A stretch of DNA of 56,506 nucleotides, the filler included, from Catajapyx aquilonaris (lineage: Eukaryota), in the NCBI GenBank assembly GCA_000934665.2. It is 2 parts of 2 records of this genome, joined end to end, with 100 filler letters (N's around TTAATTAATTAA, not from the genome) between each part and the next. Parts side by side here need not be neighbours in the genome. Positions count along the whole stretch, not along the records: positions 28,310 to 56,506 come from JYFJ02004956.1; 1 more part is not named here. One strand, 5' to 3'. The notes under the pieces are model-generated. The model was given only the letters and a program-made list of their open reading frames with translations, was not told the origin of the DNA and made no database searches. The position numbers and the translations under genes were made by a program. Every line of letters starts with the position of its first letter. Position 1 is the stretch's first letter. This document shows, one piece after another, positions 36,950 through 49,414 of this stretch.

Positions 36950-38134
36950 TCAAGGCCATCTTGCACATAGACTACTTGTTTAGCTCCACCCAAAGTTGGT
37001 TCCTGTCTTTTATTAACATGATCAATGTCGCTTTTCTTGTAGGCGGAAGGGTTATTGAGTCGTAATCGGAAAGGTCTTGGTGTGCTATCGGCGCAAGGTG
37101 TCGAGTGTTAGTCTCATTTCCTTTTTTTTTTTTTTTGGTTTATAATTGGTCAAACATATATTGCTGTCGACTGACTTTATATGACTGATGGCTGTCCCTT
37201 TTTGCTGAGTTGCGGTGATGACCTGCTTGTAATTTTTGGCTAACTAGGCTACACCCAGCGCAGATTTCATCAGTGCATACCAGGGTTGAGTTTGATGTTC
37301 CCAGTTGATATTACAATTTTGTGTGATCCCCTTACAAATTCTCCACTTCCAGCAGGTCATTGTCGGTCGTCCGTAAATGTGACATATGTATTGTGGTGGT
37401 TTAGACCTTGCCACTGCCTCAGTGGTTGTCAGAAGGATTAGCATAAAGCAGGCGACAATGATGATCATTGCTTGGTTTAGAGTTTGTGACGCCTTGTACT
37501 TGAGCTATCCTCTGATTTATACTTGGTTTTGAGTTGCGCTCCGGATACAAGTCTTCATACCCATATCAATTATAATTAGAGTAATTTTGAGTAACCAATG
37601 GTTAAATAACTGGCTTCCTTGGTAATTTCCAATCTGGGTTTCATGGGGTCTGCTTACCTTTCGGAACATGTGTGATGGGTGACAGCCCAGTGGTGCAGTC
37701 TTTTCCACATATTTTCCACATTTCTACGGAACAGCTTCTTGATTACTTACAAATGCATCTTGAATTCATATAATGTAATTGTTGAATAATTCAAATATAA
37801 TCAATTGGAATGATAATTTTAATGATCCAGATGTACATGAGGGACGGTACTGTAGCAGCAGCAATAAGCTTGTGACGTAGGTCATATGAGAAAATCCAGT
37901 TCCAATGAGCTGGATGGTATGCATTAAGATAGTAACACATTTACCAGCAGCAGCAACAAGCCCTGGGGATGGTACCTCCAAAGGCTGCCATGTCGAACTG
38001 GTAACTGCTTCACGACTGCTGAAGGGATGGGCAAAACAACCCTCCCACCCTTCCCCCTCCCAGTTGGTCATCAGCAGGTCTAGGAAGTCTTTCAAGATCA
38101 GAAGACTCAATTCGCTGGAAATTAAGATCCACAT
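36950..38134 (-). pseudogene. Decayed gene of unknown family A, second copy
   Basis: CYYLNAYHPAHWNWIFSYDLRHKLIAAATV..WIIKIII..VCTDEICAGCSLV; colinear with 32000-32830. Confidence 0.6.
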
Positions 38135-38194
38135 GAATTAAAATAATCAGCTTGGTGGTAAAAGCAGTTACTGTGTGGTCATGTGTCACTGGGA

Positions 38195-38600
38195 CACACC
38201 AAATCGAGAGTAATTAAAATGTCAGCCTACCACCTCCTGTATTTTGTTATCTTTTCCTTTCTCTACAATATGCCTGAATGCCCGACAGGCATTCGCTGAA
38301 GACAAGGTAATCACTAGAAACTAATAAAAAACTACTGTTGGGCTCGGTCTTGTTCAGGCAGTACTTCAGGCAGTATACCGCAGCATGAATGCACCCCGGT
38401 CTTACCTGCGATTATCATCAGACTAAATAATTCATTTATCATGCATGACACATCAAATGGAGAGTAATTAAAATGTCAGCCTAGTTCGTTGCTTCTGTCA
38501 GCAACAACATAGCTCAGTGCGCAACATACATTCGCTGAAGACGAGAGAGTCACTAGAAACTAATAAAAAACTACTCTCGGGCTCTCTTATTCAGGCAGGT
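38195..38600. repeat. Diverged direct repeat (two copies about 250 bp apart)
   Basis: gagagtaattaaaatgtcagccta...cattcgctgaagac...tcactagaaactaataaaaa...ttcaggcag occurs twice. Confidence 0.85.
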
Positions 38601-39329
38601 CTGGCTTAAAGGTTTGGAATTTTTATTGGGAGTTACCTTAGGATACCAAGTATTTTCTTCAAATGGAAGAAGAGTGGAGGCGAATATTAACATAGTTCTA
38701 CTTTCTGTGTCACAGTCGAGTAGGATTGCTTAATATAATTCAACATGAATTGGTATTTTAATTCTCCATGACATGTTTTACATTATGCCACTCACTGTAG
38801 ATGGTGAACTAATTATCTTCATCACATACAATATCAGTCTCAATTTGTTTTCACTAGCCATGTATACATAGGTCTAATGTGGCATCATGACCAAATTATA
38901 CTCTTCTCTCCAGAAATCACTCCACGGCAACAGGCGCGATCGCTTTGTGGACTTCCAGGAGGTTTTTGGCCCCTAGAGCTAGTCAATATACAGCATATTG
39001 GTAGAGTACCTCCTTCATTGCGACTCTTCTTTGTCGGCTTTCCGTAACATTAGTCTTTTCGTCACATTCGATGCGTGCACACACTCGCCAGTATAATATG
39101 GCTTGTTAATCCTTTCTGCCTTCGCCAAGCATTGCATTGGTCTTCTTAGTTTCGGATGATGAGTGTGAGTCTTCGTGCCTCAAACACGGATACCGTCATA
39201 TAAAATACACAATGAATGTTCGTCACTTTTTTGACCAATTTATTTAGGAAGTGCGCAATTTTCGCATGTCACAAGAAAAAAGCAGGATCAAGATGTACGG
39301 CCTCACCTTTTCAGTTGATCAGAATAACA

Positions 39330-39700
39330 CATGTAACAATCTACAATCCCCAAGAAGAGACCAAGATGTAGTTGCCATCACACACAAGTTCATGCTGCTT
39401 GCAGAAATATGTAGGTAGTCTTTTTCCCATGTGAACCTTTGAAGTTATCTGTTTCTGTCAATCCACTCTGTCATTTTAATTCAACTTCCTTGATGTCAGG
39501 CACCTTTGCTGTGATCATGTTGATGTCTTAAGCTACACGTAGGACTCCTCGGTATCATCAGTTGGCTAACGACGTGATCACTGTTGGAAGCTTTCCAAGG
39601 AACCCGGAAGCATAAGTCGCAGGTTGTAGCCTACACATGCCATGTCGCAAATATTCTTGGACTGGGAAAACTACGGAAAAAAATAATACTGCCAACAACT
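39330..39700 (-). pseudogene. Decayed RING/B-box (TRIM-like) gene
   Basis: IFFRSFPSPRIFATWHV*ATTCDLC...RSPTCS (degenerate C3HC4-like) followed by KVHMGKRLPTYFCKQHELVCD (B-box-like). Several zinc ligands are lost. Confidence 0.4.
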
Positions 39701-40289
39701 GAAAACACATTGCTATTACTTTTTCCCCCCCAAGTTAACCATGTCTCAACCGCAACCAAAACAGCACTTATCACTTTCCTTTTCTGGTGGCTGTTATTAC
39801 AGGTGGTAGGACAATTATATTGCTTATTTTTGCTCATATTTTGTTAGTGGGCAGTAGGGAAGTAAGTTTTAGGTGCATAATAATGTGATGATTTTTAAAA
39901 TTTGAAATAGAGAAATGGTTTAGCACTGTTTTGGATACGATCCGGTCACGACAGTTTCCATCAGAAACACATGTGGTCGCTATGCGTTTTGTTAGATAGA
40001 TCTTGGGTGCCCTGCATGGGAGTGATGTGGTTACTGCCATGCCACCAGTTCTTCTTCACTTCTCCTGGCTTGATTTGTGGGACACAGACTACAAGTGCTC
40101 TGTACATGTTTCTATGCAGCCAGTGGCCGTTGGTTCATTTCCTCTGATAAATTGGTTGTCTTTTATGTCTTGCTTAAAATGCGCCTCATTGTCTCCCAGC
40201 TTAACAATGGTCCCGATATGTTCTGGCATGATTTTTAGCATGACCAGTTGAAATGTGCGCGTCATATTTTCACACATATATCTTTTGCC

Positions 40290-43090
40290 CATTGTTTTAC
40301 AACTTTTGCTCCAACAGAGCTCAGCCATAGTTTTGGATGACATGGAAATGCCTGTCATTAGGTGTAGTTGATGGTACTTTTCCGGTGTCTTCAAAGCTGT
40401 GGTGTAGCTGTGCTAGATGTGTTGGTCTTTCTCCTTCACCTCTTGCCTGAGTATTCTTGCCTCTCCTGATGGTCAACTTGCGGCGTCTTCTGAGGTATAT
40501 CAGACGTTGCTTTTCCACTGTCTTGTGCAGATATGGAACTTATTGTGTCCATTTTAAAGTTAACTTAAGACAAAATTCCTTTTGTTTTCAGGAGATTGCT
40601 ACACTTGTGCACTTTTAAGTGATTAATATTAAATGCTATGGCATGACGACGACTTCATAAGTAGGATGCAACCATGTAGGTTTGTGAACGCAATTTGGAG
40701 CATAATGATGAAGCAATCTTTGTTTGGGGAAATTGTCGGGGCCGTATTCGAATATTTCCTTAAAATGAACTACGTACTTTGGTATTGCTCATTTGCTCAA
40801 CTCCCTACCAGAATCTCGCCTTTATGTTCCTGTGCAGATAAAAGACCACAGAAGTAGTGTTCAAAACAGGTATTTATTTCCGTGCGATAGGTACCTTGGG
40901 AAGACTGGATGTATGGTGTGCGCATATATGGCTGGACCAATATAATGACCTCGAGTATAAATCCGAGCTTCAATATACGTATAGTGGCAAAATGCAATGT
41001 ATGATGGGAGATGAAGTGGAGATGGAGTGTGGGTGAGAAGGCGGTCAAGGTGAAATCCAGCAGAAAGGGGTGACGCGATCCCGTTACATTCCCCATCTGC
41101 AGGTGAAGACAGGCTTTTCAGATGTCGGGTGTCGATGTCCGAAGCTTGTTACATGTGGTCCGGCAGCGAAAGAGCTGAAATAAGGTTCACAAAAGGTCAG
41201 AATGGATCGATTAGTATACACATAATAGCTGCAACTTTCTGAGGATCCACCTTTATAACCCCCGGACCAAGGACATGTCCAAGAATCTTGACTGTTGGTG
41301 TTGAAAAGACACACTTCTCCTTATTCAACGTCAACTCTTCTTCACAATACTCAATCTAACCGTGTCTCCACCAGGACTTGCACCACTTCCTGTCGTGTCT
41401 TTGCACGCTACGCAATGTCATGCGGTGTCCATATGTTCCACTCATTAAAATGAGCTTTTTATCCGTTTATTCTTGTTTTCATAATAAGGTGTGAAGTAAT
41501 ATCGTGTATCCTGCAAATATGTAACGAAAATACAGTGCGTAGCACAATAACATTATCCTCTTATTGATGCACTGGAACAAAATATGTTAGTGACACTTTT
41601 TACCTTAGGGCAAAATTCTGCATACGACCTAAAGTGTTACATCTACTATTAATCAATGACCCTTAATGTATATTATAGTGGTTCGCGTTAATCCAGATTA
41701 ACATACAAAGTCAGGAATGATAACTATGCAGGATATCTATTCAACCAGCATGTGACGTTCCAATGCGGATAAAAACAAAGAGATACACGTGTGGAGTGAG
41801 ATGGGGTAGTCACATGGTGGTGTGAAAAACCCTAAGGTCACACTGTCACAGCCCAATGATAAGGTTTAAAAATTCTTATGATTACAGTATAGGAAACCTG
41901 CAGGACAGAGTTTGAGAAATCACAGTCACAATAGGGTTATCCGGATCCTCATGCAATGGCTAAGCTGATGTCTGCCACGTCACGAACCACGTCGTGTGAG
42001 ATTCCAGGTGCAGGATTCTTCCTTCTGGCCATAGAGTTGCCACGAAGAACTGACAGTGAATAACTATTTGTTTGACCTTGTGACGAACCCCTGTCCAGGG
42101 TCCTGCCCTAAACTAACTCGGAAGGTGTGTGAATAAGAGTCAGGAGGAAGGTAAAATCCGTGTATTGCTCAAATGAACCAAAGACAGGAGAGAGCCGCGC
42201 ATAGGAAGCCCCCCTGCCTTATATAGATTACAAACGTACCCGGCGCCACCAGGCGGCACTCCAACCAGTCGGGGGGATAAATGTCGGACCACGTGGGCCC
42301 GACAACCTCAACAATTTGCCTTCGCGTGTATGGATCCAGAGCTCTAATTTATAATTTATACGATATTGTGCCAATAATTATAATGATATGTCACATTCAT
42401 GATGGGATAGGCCTCCCATATTGTTATCTTTTACCATCCTTGATCAATTTGAGACGCCTTGGGTGAAAAGATCGAAGCATGCCTTTTCGGTATTTCCTGA
42501 TTCACCAGTGTCGTAAAAAGCAAGTGAGAAGTTTAGAAAAAAAGTCCATAAGCACCTTACATTTGACAATACGCTCAAAGTTCACTTGATAGGAGAACGA
42601 CAGCCGAGCCTAATAAAAATTAGGGGGCCCTGAATTTCGTATATCATTTTACAGAGTTCAACACTCCCCACAAAATGTACCCCACATAATATACAAGAAT
42701 ACACTCAGATCAATATACATCATATTACATTTGTCATCGAACTGCTTGCATTTTTTGCCGTTTTCCGAACAAGCGTCAATACACACCGCGGCATACAAGC
42801 CATACAAATCAGGAAAATTCGGTCAAATGGGAAACCTGGAAATAAATTTTTTCCTTGGGTTCACGAGACAGCCTGACCTTATGACACTTGCCACTCACAC
42901 ATTGGGTCATTCAATCCCCAGTTTTTCCGTCACTTTTCTACTTTCAGACTGAGTTTTTTGTACTTTTGAAAGCTGGTTCTTTGTGACTTCCAGTGCATTC
43001 TCCCATTTTACAAGGACGCCCCATTGATTCCGAGGCGGATGATTCTGTTGAAGGCCCACATGCAATTAGCGTGTTGTCGATGTTTATGAT
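40290..43090 (-). pseudogene. Decayed family C copy split by about 2.4 kb of extra sequence
   Basis: 40300-40470 matches 46430-46700 and 42935-43090 matches 46745-46900. Confidence 0.5.
40830..41096 (-). mobile_element. Possible 3' LTR with polypurine tract
   Basis: Minus strand ggggaa|TGTAACGGG, with TATA-like and AAATAAA motifs downstream. Distal end not defined. Confidence 0.3.
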
Positions 43091-44682
43091 TATGATTCTA
43101 TCATTCACCCATGGCGTCGGAACATGTCTTGATGGTTTCTCGGCTGTCTAAATGAAAAGTATCAATATGGGCCATGCCTTCTCCTCCTAGACACGTGCAA
43201 GGGAACATAATTAGTGTTGATTAGGAATGCATAGTCCGTCATAATTATATTAACATTTGGGCCATTTTTTTAGCCTTCATTTATGACTTAAACGTGTGTC
43301 TAAACTTCAAAGGCTGCTTATAAATTCTGATACGTGTTATTGTAGCAGGAGGTTAATAATTTCAGTATCATATGGTAATTATTGGTCTTCTATGATGAAG
43401 TTATTTGCAGTTATGCACGCCCTTTTGGCAGTGAAAGAAATATGAAGATCAATCCGACTACATGAGAGGAAACACTTCCTTCCTGTCCATTCATGAGTTC
43501 TGCAAAATAACTGATTCAAATCAAAATTACTCAAGACCATGCGCTGGTCTGGGTATTTATTGGCTGCCTTCTGACACGTCGAAGGCACTAGTATTATACA
43601 AAATATGTCAATGATTCTAATAAAACATGATAAATACTGGTGTTTTATCTAAATGATAGTACTCTTTGCTTGCTTCCTATGTGGTTCCATGGCTGGCGAA
43701 TCACATCTTGATGCAGTGGGACCACACATGCGGGTTGTAAAAGCAAGTACATTATCTCTTTTAGCGCCATCGATCACCTTCAGTACGAGCAATGGCACGT
43801 TCAAAGTTAAATGAACTGGGATTTACATAAGCCTCAAGTCAAATAAATTTAAGACGTTTCTGTAGTATTAACGATATACAGTGTGAAAGGCTTGTCGACT
43901 TTTGGTCCGATCATTTCGCCGGCCATCTTGCTTGTTCTTAGTTATTTAAAAAAAAAACGTGCAGGAATATCGTGCCAATGTGTCGAGTCACCGGCATCCT
44001 GGGTGGTCTTGCTACCATGAATTCCAAATAGGTTTTTAGTAAACCCATGAAAATCTAAGACCAATCTTAGTCTCAACTATCTTCGTCGCTACTGTTTTCT
44101 AGATCTATATGATAAGATGTTGAGGATTCTTCTGATTATTTGATTACATCTTTCTTCTTTCTGGAGGTGCAAGGCGTTGACGACTCCTTGCATGCATCAG
44201 TGTTTGTCGTCTCTCAAAGAGTAGTTGAAACAGCGGATGTCACCTAATCCAAGGGGGGAATACGCGTCACGCCGTGGCATCGGGTGAGGGGCCTTTTGAA
44301 CTTAAAGATTTGTGTTGGTATAGTTCTCATCACCTTTACACCAATTTGCATCTTTCCATGCATTTTACGCCATGGTCCAATAAGGTCGTAGGTACATTTC
44401 AGAGGTTGCTTCCTGTTTATTTACAGGGCCAATTTCTATCTTGTAGGCGGAAGGGTAGTTGCAATATTGTTTGTAAGATATCTTGAGGTGTCGAGTGTTA
44501 GTCTAATTGTGATTTTTTTGGCTTAATTGGGCAAACCTTGCTGTTATGTATAGTCGACTGACCTAATACCGGTATGACTGTCAGCAGGCCCCTTTTGGCG
44601 AATTATAGTAATGTCCTTGTAGGTTTGGCTAACTAGGTTACAATCAGCACAGTTTTCATCAGTGCACACGGTGTGTAGGCCT

Positions 44683-45102
44683 TGTGACCTCCTAAAAGGA
44701 ACACAAGAATACTTTGTGGGTTCTAGTCAAGACAGCATTTATTGCCAGATTAGGGAAAGGTATAACGAGTGGGCAAAGTACCCAGTCAGATAACTCCCCA
44801 GTTGAGGGGAGACTAAAAGGCCTGGATTCTTTACCAGGAGCTGCTTATATAGGTAGGAATACAATGGTGCATGATGGGATGCCTCCGTCACTACTGGTCT
44901 GACGTCGGATTGGTGTTCAAACAGAGTGGAAAAGAGGACAAGCATGGATAAAGGAAAATGGGGGTTAAGTGGTAGAGTATATCACAGGAGACTTAATAAT
45001 AGGTGCATACGACCAGTGTCTCATGCGACATGATAATAGTTAGAGGTGGTACATAATAGAACATTTGAGACAAGACACCTTTCCCGGGAGGGTAAGGTCA
45101 CA
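44683..45102 (-). mobile_element. Solo LTR (gypsy-like)
   Basis: TGTGACC...GGTCACA with a 4-bp GCCT duplication; TATATAAG and AATAAA on the minus strand. Removing it restores ggcctctacaaattttcc, as in the paralog at about 32243. Confidence 0.9.
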
Positions 45103-45900
45103 GCCTCTACAAATTTTCCCACAGATGATTTAATGTGACCTCGTCCAGAGGCGAGGTTGCTTGTGGAGGTTCGTTGGTTGCACTGCCTCCATGGTTGTCG
45201 GATGGATTAGCATGAAGCAGGAACTCCTCGCACTTGTCTTGGGATGGCAGTTTAAGTTCACGTCAGTTTTTAGGTACATGCCAATTCCGCACTTCAGGGC
45301 GGGGAATTTTTACATGTAATCCGCATACATACCGACTGCTGCATCCGATGAGATACATCGTCGATGGGGAGTGTGCTATCATCTAATGGCACATCCGCGC
45401 GTTGCTGATGAGTCTTTGGTCCTCAATAGTTGTCTCGTTTGGTTTGGTTTTGGGATCATGATTTCCTCGCCAATTTTTGCCATGCGTAACGGCACCAGAT
45501 TGCAGCCTCTTGTACATGGACTTTAAAGTGGTTTTTCATTATTCATATCAATCATATGGTATTCTGCAGGGATGTTTGACCTGCGAGAGGTACACTCTAC
45601 CATGGGAAAGGTGACAACCCAACCCTCAGGTGACCTGAGGATACTAAGAATTATGTCAAATTACAGTACTGTGCAAATGAGGTTTATTGTTTTAGAAAAA
45701 TAAAACATCTAAGGCTTGTCGATATTTTGATACAAGTCGTCTTCTGTACATTTATCACAGGATTATCACATGTCAGGATAGTTCACTTTGTGTTACGATG
45801 TGTTGTGCTCTTTCCACCAAATTTTTTCTATAATGATTTTAAAAGGTAAAGGTTTTATTGGCACTTTTGTGAAAACTATGTTTTTAAATACACTTAATTG

Positions 45901-46241
45901 GACAAAATTATACACATATTCCCAGAAAGCCGTCCTTTTCCCATACAGTCCCTCACAGTTCCATGACAGTATCCTTCTACGCTCCTCCTCTACGTGTTCT
46001 CCAAGATTTGTCAAGTCCTTGCTCCCCTTCCCGTTGGAGTCCTCTATCTGCTGCACCCCCCTACCACCAGCTCCTCACCACACTACTTTCATTTCTCCTT
46101 CGTTCTCCGGCCTCCACCCGTGCCGCCCCTCCGACCTGCCAGTTGCGGGCCGCCCTCGTAGCTCTTCCTATCCGGCACTACCTCATCCTTCTCTCCGTCC
46201 CATCTGTACCACACACTGTCCCATCTTGTCAGTCTTGACAA
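45901..46241 (-). mobile_element. Internal LINE fragment (ORF1 end to start of AP-endonuclease)
   Basis: Minus strand VWYRWDGEKDE.. then RILSWNCEGLYGKRTAFWEYV (AP-endonuclease motif I). Flanked by the direct repeat aaatacacttaattg. Confidence 0.7.
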
Positions 46242-46429
46242 AAATACACTTAATTGTGTAAATCTTGCAGAGAATCGTTCAGGAACTGGCATGAATGCGA
46301 AATTAATGCAACCTTTGTCTTTCTAAGCATCCATACAGGAGTAACAAGATTTTCTTTCTATCTCTTGTGTTGTGAAGAGAAATACTGGTCGGTCGTAGTA
46401 CTATGACGCTTGTGTAATCTTTTGCCGAT

Positions 46430-46900
46430 TGTATTACAACTTTTGCTCCAACAGAGCTCAGCCATAGTTTTGGATGGCATGGAAATCAACTTGCGACTGG
46501 CATTCTAGTGATACACAATGTAAATTAATAACGTTATTCGGCGCCTTGATCTCGGCCAGAGGCCAAGAAGCACGGATGACATGGAAATGCATGTAATTAG
46601 GTGTAGTTTGCACCTGTCCGGTTTCTCCAAAGCTGTGGTGTGCTGGATGTGTTGGTCTTGCTCCTTCACCTCTTGCCTGAGTATTCTTGCCTCTCCAGTC
46701 GCCTGATGCTTTCGTTGTGCTTTCGTCGTGTGCTGTCAATCTACTTTCTACTTTCAGATTGAGTTTTTTTGTATTTCTGAAAGCTGGTTCTTTGTGACTT
46801 CCAGTGCATTCTCCCATTTTACAAGGACGCCCCATTGATTCCGAGGCGAATGATTCTGTTGAAGGCCCACATGCAATGAGCGTGTTGTCAATGTTTTATG
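46430..46900 (-). pseudogene. Decayed family C copy (uninterrupted)
   Basis: INIDNTLIACGPS..MGRPCKMGECTGSHKEPAF..RGKNTQARGEG..HFHVI; DNA paralog of 40300-40470 plus 42935-43090. Confidence 0.5.
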
Positions 46901-47822
46901 ATTATATCATGTCCCCTGTTAGCGAATTTTCGCAAGGTTGTTTTACATTTCCATTGAAAAGTTTTGCAAGGTGTGACACAGTATTAGGTAGCCATTATCC
47001 TGGTCTGTTGGATGCCTATTCGTCTTAATGTGATGTGGTGTCACCCACAAGCTGTTCGATGCTAGTGTGTGTACTCGGAAGTGAGTAAGTGCGCGTCACT
47101 CAAAAGTCTTCCGATTGTTTTGTCCATTACAATGGTTGCAATTTTGGAAGCTTTCCTGTCGCTATTGCCCTGCATGTACTGCATGATCTGTCCAGATGTA
47201 GACGGGACGGAAATGACTCGCTGTGATTGACAAAATACTCTCTATTAAATGTTCCATTTAGTGACATTCCGTCGTACAGTTTGGTTGTTTTATTCCATGT
47301 TAGTAATTATTGGCATCTCGCCACGATGACGATGTGAAGGCCCGACGCGACGTGCCCTCCAATGTCAGCAGTATGCCTTCCTCTCCTGTTCTTCTGCACC
47401 TTCACAATAGGAGGCATGGCTGCCTTGGATGGCCATTCCTCCTCGTCCGTCCTCGTCTTCTGCATAGAATCTGCAAGGAGCTCGGGATTTTCCGTTAACA
47501 GTGGTCGCATTCGCTATCTTCGCACACAACTCCGAAGCGATAACAGTCCGACTCAAGCATCATGTCTGCCATGGCGGCTACTCTAGGTGGACTGAATCTA
47601 TCAGGAGCAACAATATGGTTATCGTTACATAGATATGGTTCCTTAGAGAGAAGTCTGTCTGTCCCTCGTTATTCCTGGCACATTCAGACAGAAACGGGGA
47701 GAGTTCTCAAAGAATCAACTTTGTGAGTATCCTGTACGTAATGTTGGTAATAAAATGACGTATTTGGGATGCTTCTAGAATGCGTTGCTCTGAGACTACA
47801 AGCCTACATGCTATGACATGGT

Positions 47823-48600
47823 TCATTGGCATTCGGAAGTGATTAAATTTTGCTTTCCCATATGATATGATATGGATGTGTGGACAGCATATGTATGTAT
47901 TTCCTCACCCTGTGGGCTGAGGTACACATTCCCAGCTAGTCTACTAATGAGTGTTTCACTCTCGACGTCAGAGACCTTTGCATTAGTTCCAGTTAATGGC
48001 TTGAAGTGTCGACTTGGTGCCATTAACTCGCACCAGGCGTATTTAATGGCACCTGTAATGGCTTAGTTTTTCAAATGGTAATTTAACATACATAAGACCG
48101 TTAGACCTCTTCTTGATTCTGTATTGTGCAGTGATGCTCATGAGCGTGCAAAAGTATTTATTTCCTTCAAGGATAGCACCTTTGTTCTTAGCTAGAATTC
48201 AGAAATTAGCGCAACGGCAAATGGTTAATATGTCTGAGTTGTATTCAGTGGGAGGCCAGCTTCTGGCAGAGGAGGAATGGAGACACAACCCCACGAGTGG
48301 GACAGGATCAGGACCTGCAATTACAATTACCAAATTTATTTGTCAGTTAATTTCTTAACACAGGTCTCCCTATTGTCCTCTTAACTAGCAATTTTTTTTC
48401 ACTACTAGTTTCAGGCGTATGTGATGTGAGAATAAGGTACATTTTTGGGTTTTCCGATGCAGAATTCCATCATTCTCTTGGGGATCAGTGTTAACAGTCA
48501 CACGCTTTAGCAATGACACCCTGAATCATTCGTATTACTTTAAAATACAAATCTGGCACATTTAGATTTTGGTCAAGTGTACGAGCTCTCGTAACATGTC
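47823..48600 (-). pseudogene. Decayed BTB-BACK gene
   Basis: SRHFKPL..SDVESETLISRLAGNVYLSPQGEEIHTYAVHTSISYH fits BACK (HF..L...E.L...L....L....EE....AV..WI.H). Its 5' part is paralogous to 34310-34510. Confidence 0.55.
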
Positions 48601-49414
48601 ATATAACTCTTTGAATATGACAGTATGGCCTATTAAAATCTGCATTAATTCGGTTTTCATGTGTGGCTATAAAAATATTCTGGCACGTAAAGTGCAAGAC
48701 CTTTACCAAGTGTGTACCCCTGTACCCCCCCACCCCGGACGACTTTCATGGAGGCGGATGGAGCCTTCTATTGTCATATCTTTTTGGGTTGCAATCAATG
48801 CGGGACGCTCATTTCAGAAATTACTCGTCGTATAGGGGAGCATATTCTGCTTATTATTTCAATGGGCGCTATACATATTATTATCAGGAAGTAAAAGGGG
48901 TGATGTTTTCATGCGGAATACACATGGAAATGTTTCACCACCAGTGTGAACAAGAGCGTGACAATGGTAATTTCTCTGCAGAAATCACTCCACGGCATCA
49001 TGGGACATCGATAGCTTGGTGCTATTGCTGCTTCTACTGCGGATTCGTGCGTCGCATTCAAGTTATGCAGATAGATCATTTCCATCACATCTGGATCCGC
49101 CACAGTCTTCCAGGTCCAACTTACTCCACCTTAGTCATGCATTTAACCGTATTGTTTAGTATTGTGTCGCTTGTCACGGAACCGTTTCTCTTCATGATTT
49201 GAACGGCTCTTCTTGTCGCCGCGTGTCGGTCTTTGTCGCAAGCCTTATCTCATTCTTGTTTACCAGCGGCAACCCTTCATATTTCACATGGATTTCTAAT
49301 GAGAAAGGTTACAAAATAAAAAATATGGAGGCAAGAATTAATTATGATTCACAGTTACCAGGCGTCCAATGTTGTTCCATGTTGTCCTTTAAGAGCGCTT
49401 CAAAATTTGTGATT

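Noticed and set aside
43065..43100. INIDNTLI as a HAD phosphatase motif I (viral 38K-like)
   Set aside because: The first Asp is Asn in both copies and no other HAD motifs are seen.
43670..43870. Possible BIR (IAP) domain from DNVLAF..CDSPAMEPHRK
   Set aside because: Key Cys, Trp and Gly positions are absent, so the resemblance is too weak.
48663..49202. 179-aa plus-strand ORF
   Set aside because: No recognisable motif; paralogy and coding signal in this region are on the minus strand.
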